64,000 bases of DNA from Octopus sinensis. Lineage: Eukaryota. The stretch spans positions 93,868,001 through 93,932,000 of the forward strand of contig NC_042997.1 of assembly GCF_006345805.1 (NCBI RefSeq), given 5' to 3'. This document shows, in pieces, positions 39,815 through 53,556 of this stretch (positions are counted from its first letter, which is position 1; the number at the start of each line of letters is the position of its first letter). The translations under genes were made by a program, and so were the position numbers. The notes beneath the pieces are model-generated. The model was not told the origin of the DNA, searched no databases, and worked only from the letters and a program-made list of their open reading frames with translations.

Positions 39815-40990
39815 TACGTGGGTGGGCTGAAAAGTTCATAGGCCGACTATGAAGGAGTGATGTTAGAGAAGTGACATCTTTCATGCATTAATTTCAACTC
39901 TCTTTTTTAAAATTGATAACTGCATTATTTTTCCAGGTAAACCGACATCTGATTGTTCAAAGAAGACTTCAAAAGTAACTAGTAGCGATTTCTCTTGAAA
40001 ATCAACAAAATTTAGTCTTATCAAGTGCCTGCAGAAAAAAGGCTTTAACTCTCAAAGGACATTCATACTGACATAGTTGCTTCATTTGGGAATGGTTATC
40101 CAGCTTTATCAGTAGAGCAAAGATGGGCAGCTGAATTTAGGTGGGGAAGGAGAGTTTTGAAGATGATCCAAGGTCTGGACATCCTGAAACTGCCACCACC
40201 AAGGAAAAAACATTGATCGTATTCACCACACAGTGATGGATGTCAGGCGATTGACTATAAATCAAATAGCCAATGCTATTAGCATATCCCGCAAGAGACT
40301 TGAGAATACTATGTACAATGAACTTATTTCTTATTTCCCACAAGAGGCTAAACATAGAAGGGACAAACAAAGGGATTAAGTCGATTACATCGACTCCAGT
40401 GCGTAACTGGTACTTATTTAATCGACCCCGAAAGGATGAAAGGCTAAGTCGACCTCGGCGGAATTTGAACTCAGAACGTTGCGGAAGACGAAATACCGCT
40501 AAGAATTTCGCCCGGCGTACTAACGATTCTGTCAGCTCGCCGCCTTATTTTTTTTCTCGTGTGGAGCTTAGGTGTTTCGCTCATAAACACACATATCGCC
40601 CGGTCTGAGATTCGAATCCGCTGCTCTAACTACTAGGCCATATACCTCTGTACAATGAACTTGGCATGACTAGGGTTTCTGCTTGGAGGGTGTCACGTCT
40701 TCTGACACCTGATCAAAAGTGCACCAGGCTGGTCACGTCACGGGAAAATCTGACATTGTTTCAATCAGGTCCAACTGGTTTCGTTGGACGTTTCCTGCAT
40801 CAGGATGAGTGTTGGGCTCATCCCTTTGATTCCCGAGACAAAAAGACAATCCATGCAGACGAACCCCCTTCCACCTGTCCCAAAGAAGGCCAAGGAGCTT
40901 CATCTGCAGAGAAGATGACAGCCTCAGTTTTTCGGATGCAAAAGGCATTGAGCTTATTGGCAATCTTTAAAAGGCCACACCATCAATGAC
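39815..40990 (+). mobile_element. Second mariner transposon (different subfamily), 3'-truncated, interrupted by a SINE
   Basis: TA plus left TIR-like cgtgggtgggctgaaaagttcataggc. Frames FEDDPRSGHP, MTRVSAWRVSRLLTPDQK, HQDECW, KMTASVF. No right TIR seen. Confidence 0.9.
40326..40648 (-). mobile_element. Composite SINE insertion (short tRNA-head unit + B-tailed family A SINE)
   Basis: A single 14-bp TSD tgtacaatgaactt at 40312-40325 and 40649-40662 encloses both units. Confidence 0.9.
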
Positions 40991-41247
40991 ATGCAATTTT
41001 CACTAATTTTTACTAAATTTCAAACTTCGAAAACTTTTGAACGGATGGAACAATTGGCCTGAAATTTTCAGAGTTGTGTTTTCTCTATAGAAACATTCTG
41101 TGGTAAAATTTTTGAAGTAAATCTGACATATGACCAATGGGACCATTCGGTAACGTCATTAGGAATAATCCTTATGAAATATAGGTTTATAGAAATAAAA
41201 TCTAGGAAAGTGGAGCAAGAGAAACAAAACAAGAACAGCAGCGGCGG

Positions 41248-41280
<33 letters not shown>

Positions 41281-41376
41281 AGCTTCCAAGCTACGTGTCC
41301 CCAGCTTATTTTCGGTGTTTGCGGTGCATGCACGTAAACATGTCGCCCGAGATCGGGAGAGGGAGTTATTGTTTTT

Positions 41377-41531
41377 GGGTGTGTGGTAAGTAGCTTGCTT
41401 ACCAACCACATGGTTCCCGGGTTCAGTCTCACTGCGTGGCACCTTGGACAAGTGTCTTCTACTATAGCCTCGGGCCGACCAAAGCCTTGTGAGTGGATTT
41501 GGTAGACGGAAACTGAAAGAAGCGTGTCGTA

Positions 41532-41596
<65 letters not shown>

Positions 41597-41720
41597 TTGT
41601 ATGTATGTTTGTGTATCTGTGTTTGCCCCCTCAACATCACACAACCGATGCTGGTGTGTTTACGCCCCCGTAACTTAGCAGTTCGGCAAAAGAGACTGAT
41701 AGAATAAGTACTAGGCTTGC
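41377..41720 (+). mobile_element. Family B SINE, near full length with internal (TA)n
   Basis: tRNA-like head gtgtggtaag...gggttcagtc, CORE-like ggcaccttggacaagtgtc, (TA)n, body. Confidence 0.9.
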
Positions 41721-41849
41721 AAACCAGGCAAAACGCCTGGTTTGCATTGTTTATTTTACTTTTATATGTCAGACTTGTTCGGTGACCTCTTGGCGGATAT
41801 CTATTGTAACAGGTAGCTGGATAGAAGAATCGCCAGTTCTGTAGATCGA

Positions 41850-43170
41850 AGAGTGGTTACGCTGCAGGGAAGGTATTGAGGTTAATAATTTTTACCCTTA
41901 ACCCTGCTAAACGCAGATTTCAAGATTTTGGCCAAAGTGTTATTTAAGAGGTTGGTGCTTGTGTTCGGTAGCCTGATTGATGCACAAATATGCACCTTCC
42001 CAAACACATATATTCACGTCAACCTTCTCTTGAGAAAGGACCCTGGTACCGAGGGGGTTCTGATTAAGTTATATCAACCGAAAGCTTTCGTCAGGGTCCA
42101 CCACAAATACGCAGCTGTCTCCACAGCAGTCGGTTTCGATATTATCTTTCACAGTTGGATTGTTGCATCATGCCTCGACATCCCCTCGGTGGTGATGATG
42201 AATAACTGTCTATGGGAAACATTCAGAATAATGTACTCGGTCCATCATAGTATCTCCTTACGACTCTTCTGCTTATATAGACCCTTGCACCACTACTGTA
42301 GAAACTAGAGACATTGAGGGGCAGCCTGTGCCAACTAAGATGCGGAAATTCCGAGTCAGCATATGCAGACAACTTAACCAACCATCACAGCGTTATCGGG
42401 AACAAGACACACAGGTTTGATAAGCACCGCTCTAAGCGATTATAAGGCAGTAACAGGAGCTAAAATTAATCAAAATAAGTCACTGGATCTACTGGAGAGG
42501 CAGATCTAGACAGTCCAACATTGTAATAGGGTGCTAGACCGACGGACTGGTTAGATTGCCCAGAGTATACTTTGACCAAAGGAGAAAATGCTACGACTAT
42601 GTGATGAGCAGGCTGGTCAGTGTCACCAGAAATAGGTGGAGGTCGAGCAAAGGTGGCGAACACCATCATAACTTCTGTCATCTATTAACACAAAGCTGTT
42701 GTGTTTTTTGCCCAATATACCTCTCACTAAACTGGTGCATTTGCTCTTTCACTTTCTTTGAAAGAGATGTGTTTCACTATTTAGACACTTCATTTACTGT
42801 CAACATCCACTGAGTGGCAAGTTTGAGGTTGTTATCGGTTAACAATTTGCCTTTTTGACAGAGCTTGGTCAAACAAAAATTGAGCGAGAGCCTGGACTCA
42901 TGGATAATTTTCAGAAATCTCTGGCGTGGAAGTGCGACTGGATGAGAACGTTTCCGGTTTGTGATAAACTCTACAGGCACGGAATTGCCGTTAGCTGGAC
43001 CAGTCTAAAATACGAAACCGTTTTGTACCCACTCGTCTAGTTCTCAAAAATTGTTGACTTGGTGGGTTATGTGGATTACCTCCTGTCACTTGTGGGGAAA
43101 ATCCGGTTATCAGCTAAGTTCATCGTGAAGATAATTCCGTAACCTTCCTTTGGGCGGGAAGGACAGGCGC
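41850..43170 (+). mobile_element. Tx1/L1-clade LINE RT fragment, same family as 9759-14280
   Basis: LTLLNADFKILAKVLFKRLVLV...YQPKAFVRVHHKY...SVHHS matches the RT at 11220-11830. Confidence 0.85.
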
Positions 43171-43964
43171 TCTTTATTTATCTGGTAGCTTTGGTGAAAA
43201 AGGCTGCGTGATTGGTAAAATTGGTTATTAATAGCGTAAGCATTATTAGTATTAAGCCGACAAAAATGCTTCACAACTTCTTATATTCTGAGTTCAAATA
43301 TCACCAAGGTCGATTGTGCGTTTCATAATCTCAGGGTTCACCCTAAGATGATTGCTTGAATAAGTATTTCGTTAGACACCATCGTCATTTCACACAGAAT
43401 TTTTCGGCTAGTGATATATTTTACGCTTTGACTTCAAAACTCTGGTGGAACTGCTTTGACTTTCATGTATTCAGGGACGATAAAATATAGAAACGTTGAA
43501 ATACTGGATCGATTTTATCGATGTAGCCGACTGGAATCGATGTAGCCGACTTGCTCATTCCTCTTAAATTGCTGGCGTTGTGCTAAAATTTGTAGTTATT
43601 ACTAATGTTATGTAAAGTGTGATGGATTAATGGAACTGTTAGAGCCTCGAAAACTTAGCGGTCCCCCCACCCGCCAAGAGAATAAATGCCAGGCTTAAAA
43701 AATAAGTACTAGAGTCAATTTGTTTAGCTAAGCATGCCAAGGTGGTGCCCTAACATGGCTGCATTTTGAAACAAGTAAATGATAGTAATAGTAGTAGCGT
43801 TAACATTAAAACGCTGTACAGTTATAGATCAAAATATTTTCCTTGATTCAATAACAAGAACCGGAACAGGCTTCTCACTATCTTTACCCACAGCAACAGC
43901 AGCAAGAACAACACCAATAATACTGAATTTTGGCAGCGACACAAAGTAACACATATATAAATAT

Positions 43965-44196
43965 AAGGCGGCGAGCTGGCAGAAACGTTAGCACGCTGGG
44001 CGAAATGCGTAGCCGTATTTCGTCTGCCGTTACGTTCTGAATTCAAATTCCGCCGAGGTCGACTTTGGCTTTCATCCTTTCGGGGTCGAAAAATTAAGTA
44101 CCAGTTACGTACTGGGATCGATATAATCGACTTAATCTGTTTGCCTGTCCTTGTTTGTCTCCTCTGTGTTTAGTCCCTTGTGTGTAGTAAAGAAAT
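43965..44196 (+). mobile_element. B-tailed family A SINE, full length
   Basis: Head aaggcggcgagctggcagaaacg; tail gtgtttagtcccttgtgtgtagtaaagaaat. Confidence 0.9.
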
Positions 44197-46449
44197 ATAT
44201 ATATATAATATATATATATTTATATAGCTGCTTTTTCAAGTAGGTCAAGCGAATACATAGAGGAATTCATCACTGGCTCGTATCAAACACTGTTATTATG
44301 CCGTAACAACATAGCTTTGAGACTGAATGGATTGTGAATGTGTATTGTAGCAATTTGTCTTCTAAAATGTAAAATATAGATAATTTATTTTTTTCACAAC
44401 TTCAGCTTCATCAACTGTAATGATCCAGAGAGGTTTTCAACAAATTGTGACAAATTGGCTGATGATACGATATGAAGCATTCATTCAAGATAGCTTATTA
44501 CATTTCTGCTTCTGTTGCCACCTAGTATTTTATTAAATTGGCACGTACCGATTTAATCTCAGAGACACTTGTTACTATTCTATTTTTGCAGTTCGTATTT
44601 TTATCCTTTACGGAGAGAACGTATGGTTCTGTATCTTGCTATTTTCATTATTTTCCTTCATTCAGTGGTCGTTTCCTTTAAGAGTTTTTACTTGCATACA
44701 TTGTATTACTGGGTGCATTGCTACAAAATCATTACTTTTGTGACCGTTGGATACGTTAGTGTTGTTGTTTTTGTTTAACTCCAAGCCAAGCAGTCCTAAT
44801 CTTGTTGACATACAATCAAACGCATTCCAGCTGTGATCATCCCATCAACTTTTACGTAACCTACACTGGACAACACCATGAAAAGTGTTAATTTTAAGAC
44901 TGTGAGAGAATTGACTGATATTTCTAGTAGATTGAACTATCACAGAGAATTCCTGCTTGTTGGTAAGGATGTTGTATCCTTGTAGTTATTTTAAACTTCT
45001 TTAATATGGAGTTTTGCATTGCTTGAATAAATTCGGCCCATGTATTATCGTAAAGGTTGTATGTAAATCTTTAGGTCTCACAACTCCGCTACTTCAACAG
45101 TCAAGGTGGTTAATTGTCAGACTCAGCGTGATGGCTCTAAGTTCAAATCCTGTTGAGGCAACTTGGCCTTCCATCTCTTCAAAATGAACAAATAAATTAC
45201 TAGTCCAGTACTTGCTTGATTCTATATTCTTCCTCTCACACTCTCCATTTTCCTCTCTTTCTTTTCTCCCTTTTTATTTCTGTAAACAAGTCGACAATGA
45301 TCAAACTTGCAGAAGAATGGAATTCGTCGGGTGTAGATTCCCAAAATATGAGGGCACCCATACAGTTCCTCCATCAGGAGCTGAGAGAACTCCGGTTAGA
45401 AAGGACTGAAATAGTCGATAAACAGAACAACAAGTCTTGACCACTTTGAGTAGGTCAGTTTCTCCAGGAGGAAGGTGTTCATCCCTTTTGATCGTTGAAC
45501 GCATTGAATTCTGCCTTTGGAGCACTGAGTTTTATTAGCAGCCTCTTCCACCCTTCTCGGTCTTGGCGTTTCCAGGCTTCTACTGGTCCGCTAGAGAACT
45601 AAATATTGATGTAACTGCCATTTATGTATTTCATTGGGATTGGTAATCCTGGTTAAATCCATCATCTCCATAGAATATGCGTGCCATTAGCCCTCAATCA
45701 GCTCATCCACATTTAACATTTTGTTTTTAAAATTCTGTTTGGAGATCATACACTCTCCTGACTAAGCAAACTCAGCAGAGTGCTGGTTTATTTGTGATCA
45801 CTCGACCATGGACAATAAGTAAGTAACGAATTACATGGTTAATAATAACTAGTTTTCACCAGTCTGCGATGGAACTGGTGTCAATTCTACGTATTCTCTT
45901 TTATAGAACACTGTGTAACACAATTTTTGTCCTTGGAAAGCAACTTTTATTTCCTATTTGCTTTCCCCTGGAAAGTTCCAAAGAATCCTTCTCAGCACAT
46001 GGCTATGATGCTCCTCCACTACTCCTGCTCTTTATCAGAGAGGCAGATATTGTCAGCTACTAAGGGACATACTCTATTGATTATGGTCAAGCAAATGACA
46101 AACAAATGTGTGGTATTGAGCAGAATATTTGCTGTAACGATATTTCTGCTTCAGCAACTCAGCGCTGAATCTGTCTGAAATGTAATGGAAAATAGGCTAA
46201 TTTAAAAAAAATCGATGTTCAGGTCACAAAAGCAAAGTTTGAAGGGAACAGTAGTCATTTCCTTCGATTTCTAGATAGAAGCAAATAAGAAATAACACTT
46301 GCTGACCAAAGACAAAAATAGAAAAGATATCGTTACACAGCGTAATTGAAAAAATACAGTCGACCTTTTCGCTTTTGTGATTCTGAATAATAACAATAAC
46401 AACAATAACAACAACAATAATAATAATAACAATGATAATAATAATAATG

Positions 46450-46625
46450 ATGGTTTCAAACTTTGCCACAAGGGCAGTCATTTTGGGGGAGGGGATGAGT
46501 CGATTACATCGGCCACAGTATTAAACTAGTACTTATTTTATTGATCCCGGAAGGATGAAAGGCGAAGTCGACCCCGGCGGAATTTGAACTCAGAACGGAG
46601 CGACGGGCGAAATACCGCTAAGCAT
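46450..46625 (-). mobile_element. Family A SINE, 5'-truncated
   Basis: Core aaggatgaaaggcgaagtcgaccccggcggaatttgaactcagaac. Confidence 0.85.
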
Positions 46626-47910
46626 AATACAACAAAAGTGATAATGCTGATGATGATAATAATATGAAGATAAAACGATTCGATATTGCAAATGTTTGGT
46701 CAAATTTGGTCCACAACTGACCAATACTGTTGAGATTATCTCTGTTGTTTTTGTTTAGCCAGAGATAATCTTTGATTGATGGACCTATTACAAAATGCAT
46801 TCGAGTCATAATAATCCAATCCTTTATTTCAAGTATTGTCCATCATGGAATATACTATTCAATGTTATATTATTCCCATTATTAAGACGGCAGAGCATGG
46901 TTTGAAAGAGAATAGATTTATCTGATATTTCTAGCAAGTCAAGTGACTATGTAGAGGTTTCTTTGTTGACATTGCTGCTGTTATTGTTTTGGCTGTTGCA
47001 AGTTGAGAAAGTTTCAAGTGGCTGTAGATTCCAACTACACACTCAAGGAAGTTTCTTGTGCTTAAAATTTCAATCGAAGCGTGCTTTTGTTGCCAGACAT
47101 CATCTTTCCTGAATGGTCTTTGTTCCGTTTGAAGCATATAGTGGGCTTTGTCTACTGAGTGTCAGACTGTTGCTGTCGCTGTTCATGTTACAGCTGCCGT
47201 TATTGTTATTGATAATATTGATTTCTAACACTGACATACACCCACACAATTAACTCAACCAACCAACCAAAGTGACCACAACATGATGACGTTGGTATAT
47301 TTTATTAATGCTGTAAAGCCAAAGAAGAAAGTTAATCGTAGCAGGGTTTCAACTCAGAATGTAAAGGGATGTAACTTAAATCGTTTTCATCGACTGTTTA
47401 TTCAGTTCTGCTCTCTATCGCCCTTTATTATTCTGTTGAAATATTGCTCGTATTGTTTCTCTTGTTGCTTCTATTTTTAGCAATGGCTTTAATCTGTCGG
47501 AGCGTTTGAATTCTATTAACTTAGCACTTCACGCCAATAAAACAGTTATTAATTTATTATTGTGTTTCAATTGTTTAGATGAGTTGTCTGCACCGTTCGT
47601 ATATAGGGGTAATACCATTAGCTATAAGATTCACGTAGTGTTGCTAAAATCCTAGTCCTCTTTATACAGTTACTGGAGATATCACAAGAAAGACAGGGCC
47701 ACGTAGTCAGTTTAAAGCTGATGCCGTTAATATAGCACCTTTCTTTCTTTTGTGGTTCAGGTAGGAAAACCAGGTAGAAATTAGAAGCAAAGCAGTATAG
47801 AGTAAATGTATGTGAAAATGGACTTTGTTACATCTTTCAAAGTCTCACATTTATTACATACATATGCACACATATATGTTGCATAGTGTGTGTAAGTACA
47901 TATATATATT

Positions 47911-47998
47911 TGGCACCTTGGGCAAGTATCTTCTACTATAGCCTCACGCACCCAAGCCTTGTGAGTGAATTTCGTAGATGGAAGCAAAAATCTCATCG

Positions 47999-48090
<92 letters not shown>

Positions 48091-48291
48091 TATATATGTA
48101 TATATATGTATATGCATATATATATATATATATATGTATATGCATATATGTATATGTATATATATGTATATATATATATGCATATATATATATGTATATA
48201 TATGTATATATATATATGCATATATATATATGTATATGCATATATATATATGCATACATATATATATGCATACATATATATATGTATATAC

Positions 48292-48375
<84 letters not shown>

Positions 48376-48600
48376 CATGCGTGTCTGTGCTTGTCCTCCC
48401 GCCATCGTTTGACAATCGATGCTGGTGTATTGATGTCTTGGTAACTTAGCGGTTTGGCAAAAGAGACCAATAGAATAAGTATAAGGCTTACAAGGAATAA
48501 GTCCTGGGGTCGGTTTCTTCGATTAAAAACCCTGTAAGGTGATACTCCAGCATGGCCACAGTTAACAGTCAAAGGATTGAAACAAGTAAACGAATAATAA
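47911..48600 (+). mobile_element. Family B SINE with ~380-bp expanded internal TA-derived microsatellite
   Basis: Head part 47911-47997, array 47998-48375, body/tail 48376-48600. Confidence 0.85.
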
Positions 48601-49070
48601 CCTGATTCTCAGCTGTATTTTTTGATTTACAGCTACAATCAATTCTACATTATTCTATGCTGTTTCCGCCTACTTACTCTCCTATTTTCACTCACAAATT
48701 ATAGACCGACCTGAGGCCTTGTGGTTGCGAAGCAAACTTCTAACTATTCGACCATACTGCGCCTACACATACACATGCAAATATATCTGTATGTATAGAA
48801 GCGAAAATTACACAATATATAAAATAAATGTTGCATGCATATACATACGCACATAAATACATACACATAATTTCTCCACTTGTCTATATATCTGATAAGC
48901 TTTATTCACTATATTTGGAATTGAAGTGAGTGAGAGTTTGAAGAAAGAAGGAAGCGTAAGGAGATAAAGGAGCGTGAGGTGAATTTTCTTCAATAAAATC
49001 CTGGAAAATATTCATTTAAAGGAAGCATACATATAGTCATGCTCACACATATTGATACACAGACACACGA

Positions 49071-49117
<47 letters not shown>

Positions 49118-49551
49118 TTCTCTATCTGTCTATATTTATTTGCATGTATGTATAGATAAGCAATTAGGGACAAAAAGATAGTTAGAGAGAGGGCGAGAGA
49201 GTGAGGAGAAGGAAAAGGAAGAGAAGGGAATTATTGAAGCCAACTTGCATAAAACACTTCTCGGTAGTAAATATTGATGGCAAAACGAACATTTGACATT
49301 AAGATGACGTGAATCTCTTCAGAGAGTACAATATTGGACAATTAACCGTTTAATATGAACAATAAAATATGTCTTCCTATCAGAGATTACTGTAAAATAT
49401 CAAATAAATATAATTCCATGACATATTTTATACAAATGCCTTATGGAATTGTAAAGCTTATTTTCGTATCATCATATATTGGTCACAATGTTCGATGAGA
49501 TTATGCTCCTTCTGCTCTCCCACTTTTGATTTTCCTCAATCTCCGTACTTC

Positions 49552-49726
<175 letters not shown>

Positions 49727-49895
49727 TCCCGCGCGCACGCAAACATACATACACGACGGTCTTGTTTACGTTTCCGTCTACCAAATCCACTCACAAGACT
49801 TTGGTCGGCCTAAGGCTATGGTAGAAGACACACAGTGGGACTGAACCTGTTGTGGTTGGCAAACAAGCTTCTTATCACACAGCCACGCCTGCACC

Positions 49896-49986
<91 letters not shown>

Positions 49987-50397
49987 CACTCTCATTGTGA
50001 AATGGCATGTTCTTATATTCCCGTATAAAATAACACGCTTGTGTTTTTCCCTCCAGTAGACGAAAATTTTGAAAACTCAATCTTCTCAGAAATTCGGTGT
50101 AGTTCAGATTAGGCTTAGGGTAAGGTAAATGTTTGCTAGAAAATCTCATGTGTGTGTGAGCGTGTGTGTGCGTGTGTGTGTGTGTGTGTGTGTGCGTGTG
50201 TGTGTGTGTGTAGTGTGTATGGTTGAGTGTTAAATATTAGAGAGTTATTCTGCTGGTTTTGGAGTGAAAGGTCAAGGGAAAATGTTTTGAGCTGGGCTTG
50301 AAAGTTGAGATTAAGAGAAAATACCTGGTAGAGAAAAGATGGATGGACGTCGTCTGATTGGTACGCAGTTAGCCCATGAAGAAGATGAAACACTAAT

Positions 50398-50459
<62 letters not shown>

Positions 50460-51019
50460 TGTTTTACTTCCCAGAGCGCTCGATCTTGATTGCTCTGGTT
50501 GATTCTGTATGAGCGGAAAGCAGCCTGTTGTCAGATGTCTCACAGGGTCTCTTTCTGCACGATTATAAGCTTTGATACTTGGTTGTTAATTATAGTGGAA
50601 GACAGTCAACGTCCAAGTACCAGTCTCAAAATTCTAGCTGTCCCCAGACTTATTTATCTTAAATCCCCCTTGCTCTGCTTTTAACGTATGTTATACGACG
50701 ATTCCAGTCCCTGCGACTGATGCGCCAAAAGAACAAGCATACAGTGGACGCAAGAGCAGGTGCTAGACTTTGCCTCATATTCTAAAGAAGTTTAAGACAT
50801 GCAAAGAAAGATAGGCAGGCTAGAAGTGGTAGCGGGAAAATTGGTCCGAAGGTTAACGTTTGAAAGACAGATATAGTGAAAGGTAAGAACGATGACTCTT
50901 GGCTCTGACTAAGTTGAAAATAACCTGTTCAATGAGGTGCAGTGTTTAACGTATTTAAGAAGTAAGCGTAGCATCCGCAAATGGAGATAAAAGAAAACGA
51001 AGCGAGATGTGGAAATGTG

Positions 51020-51310
51020 AGTCAAGTTTTTAACATCCGATGTGTATTTTCATAAATTCCGAGTGATCAAAAATTCGCGGGACAATGAGTGGGAATGGGT
51101 AGGTCATAAGTTTAGAAACCTGAGAAATGTAGGATTGAAACCCAAAAAGGCAAAGGAAATCAGGCCACCTGAGGACCACCTGGTAGAAATGAGCTGAAGA
51201 GAGATTGAAGACGAATGAGATGACATCGAACCAAGTGGAAAAGAAATCACAGAACTCCTTGGGAGACTGCTGTGGAGAACTTACGTTCTACCAGGTATTC
51301 AGCAGGTCAT
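51020..51310 (+). mobile_element. RTE LINE 3' fragment
   Basis: Frames WEWVGHK and QVEKK..., plus a terminal motif resembling the RTE C-terminus. Confidence 0.6.
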
Positions 51311-51819
51311 GTTGAGGTGTTAGTTTAATGGAATGGTCAAATGAGACTACTTAGGTTTTGACTGTCTACGTTTTCAATCCAACTCCCCTCAAGGCTAACT
51401 CTGACATTTACACACATCCCGATTGATTTGATGAAATATGTAACTGTGGCATTATAGACTTGAATTAATTGACTTCCCCCATCTCCCTACACAGTAAACA
51501 AAAAAAAATCACTCTGATATTCAGATGACTGTTGAAAGATGTGGCTAAAACTGACAAAACGCCAGAAATATGTCGCCCATTTTAACACTACTATCTGGTC
51601 ATTGGATACTTTTAATAGAGTTCTCTCTGTTGTAGTTACGACAGACTTTCGGTCTGAAGATAGCTTCCCTCTTTCCCCCACTAGTTTCAGAGGCTTCCTC
51701 CAAAACAATTAATGGGTGCTATATTTTCTACTTGATTAAGTAATTAAAAGATAAAACAAAACAGATTTCCCTCGAAGTGATTTTTGCCTGTTGTTATTTC
51801 TTAGTCGTTAAGGATGGTT

Positions 51820-52230
51820 GGATTGGTCGGAATCGTGAAAGCGTCTGAAATATTTTATGTTATTTGTTCCGACTCATTACATTCTGAGTTAATGTTTTGT
51901 TGAAGCCAACTTTGTCTTTCAACTTTCCGGGCCGATAAAATAAAGTAATAGTCAAGTGCCAACCTCGGTGGCATCGACTAACCCTTTGCCCACAAATAAT
52001 CGTCGGCCTTGTGCCTAGATAAGAAACCTTTATTTCATAGGTGCTAAGTGTGGCTGGACCATCGGAATCATTAGAGCGTCAGAAAAAATTGCCTTCCGTT
52101 AGTTGTTCTGGCTCCCTATGTTGTGAGTTCAAATCCCATAAAAATTAACTTTGTCTTTTATCCCTCCGGAGTCGATAATAATAATCCTTCCCCTCAAAAA
52201 CTGCTGGTCTTGTACATGAATTAGAAACGA
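51820..52230 (+). mobile_element. Two diverged tandem family A SINEs
   Basis: Repeated ttctgagtt/ttgtgagttcaaatcc...actttgtcttt...gtcgataa motifs. Confidence 0.7.
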
Positions 52231-52890
52231 ATATTTCTTATACGTTAACATACGGAAAGAGCATTTCTAAGTTTGGTTCCCTCTAAATTTATTCATCACA
52301 TTAACCTATAATTTTGGACGTTGTTGAGTTCTCAGAGCATTCAAATTTCTTTTAATATGCTTCTATACTTTTTTAGTTTGATATACTGTTTCTGAATTGT
52401 TTTTGTCTTACATCAGATTTTTAAAACGAACTGTAATTACCAAAATAAACGGTAACAGATGGGATTCCTTCTGATTTTGCTTTTAACTTTACATAGCATT
52501 TATCTCGTTTCAATCACCCGATATAATTGACCATCATATTAATGTCCCAACTGTTTAGAAGATTTTTCTTCCATTAACGCAATGTCATGAAGAAAACGTT
52601 CACCTTGCCTTTTACTAAACTTGTCAGATATTTCTGGATAACAGTAAAGTTGAATGTGTAGAATGCATTAACTGGTTCTTGTGTGGTTTAGCCTCAGGCC
52701 TATACCAATCGAACAGAAGTATGATCAAACACCTTGACTTTGCTGACGTATATTAATTTAATACTATCTAAAGTGTCTTTCTCCTGTTTTAAAAGTTTGA
52801 GTGTTATGTAAGGGGGATTTTTGCTGCTTCCACTTCCATGCCACTAGGGGCTTTCTCGCTGGTTTAGATTTAAATGATTACTGTACATCT

Positions 52891-53556
52891 AATATCGGTT
52901 TCAAATTTTGGCACAAAGCCAGCAAGTTCGGTGGAGGGGGCTAAATCGATTATATCGATCCCAGTTCTTGACTGGTACTTATTTTATCGACCCCGGAAGG
53001 ATGAAAGGCAAAGCCAACCTCAACGGAATTTGAACTTAGAACGTGAGGATGGACGAAATGCCACTAAGCATTTTGTCCCGGCGTGCTAACGATTCCACCA
53101 GCTCGCCGCCTTAGTACCAGCTAATATTAGACGCACAGGAAGGCGGCGAACTGGCAGAATCGTTTGCACACCAGGCGAAATGCTTAGTGGTATTTCGTCT
53201 GCTGCTACGTTCTGAGTTCAAATTCCCCCGAGGTCAACTTTGCCTTTCATACTTTCGGGGTCGATTAAATAAGTACCAGTTACGCACTGGGGTCGATGTA
53301 ATCGACTTAGTCCCTTTGCCTGTCCTTGTTTAGCCTCTTGTGAGCAATAAAAAAAATAAGAATCATCATCACGCCAGACAAAGTGTTTAGCGGCATTTCG
53401 TCGGTTTTTACGTTCTGAGTTCAAATTCCACAGAGGTCGACTTTGCCTTTTATCTTTTCAGGGTCGATAAAATAAGTACCAGTTGAGCACTAGGAGGATT
53501 GATGTAATCGATTTGACCCCAACCATGAATATGCTGGCCTTGTGCCAAAATTTGAA
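52891..53556. mobile_element. Cluster of three family A SINEs (52891-53112 minus; 53140-53358 plus, B tail; 53375-53556 plus)
   Basis: Head, B box and domain motifs are present in each copy. Confidence 0.9.
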
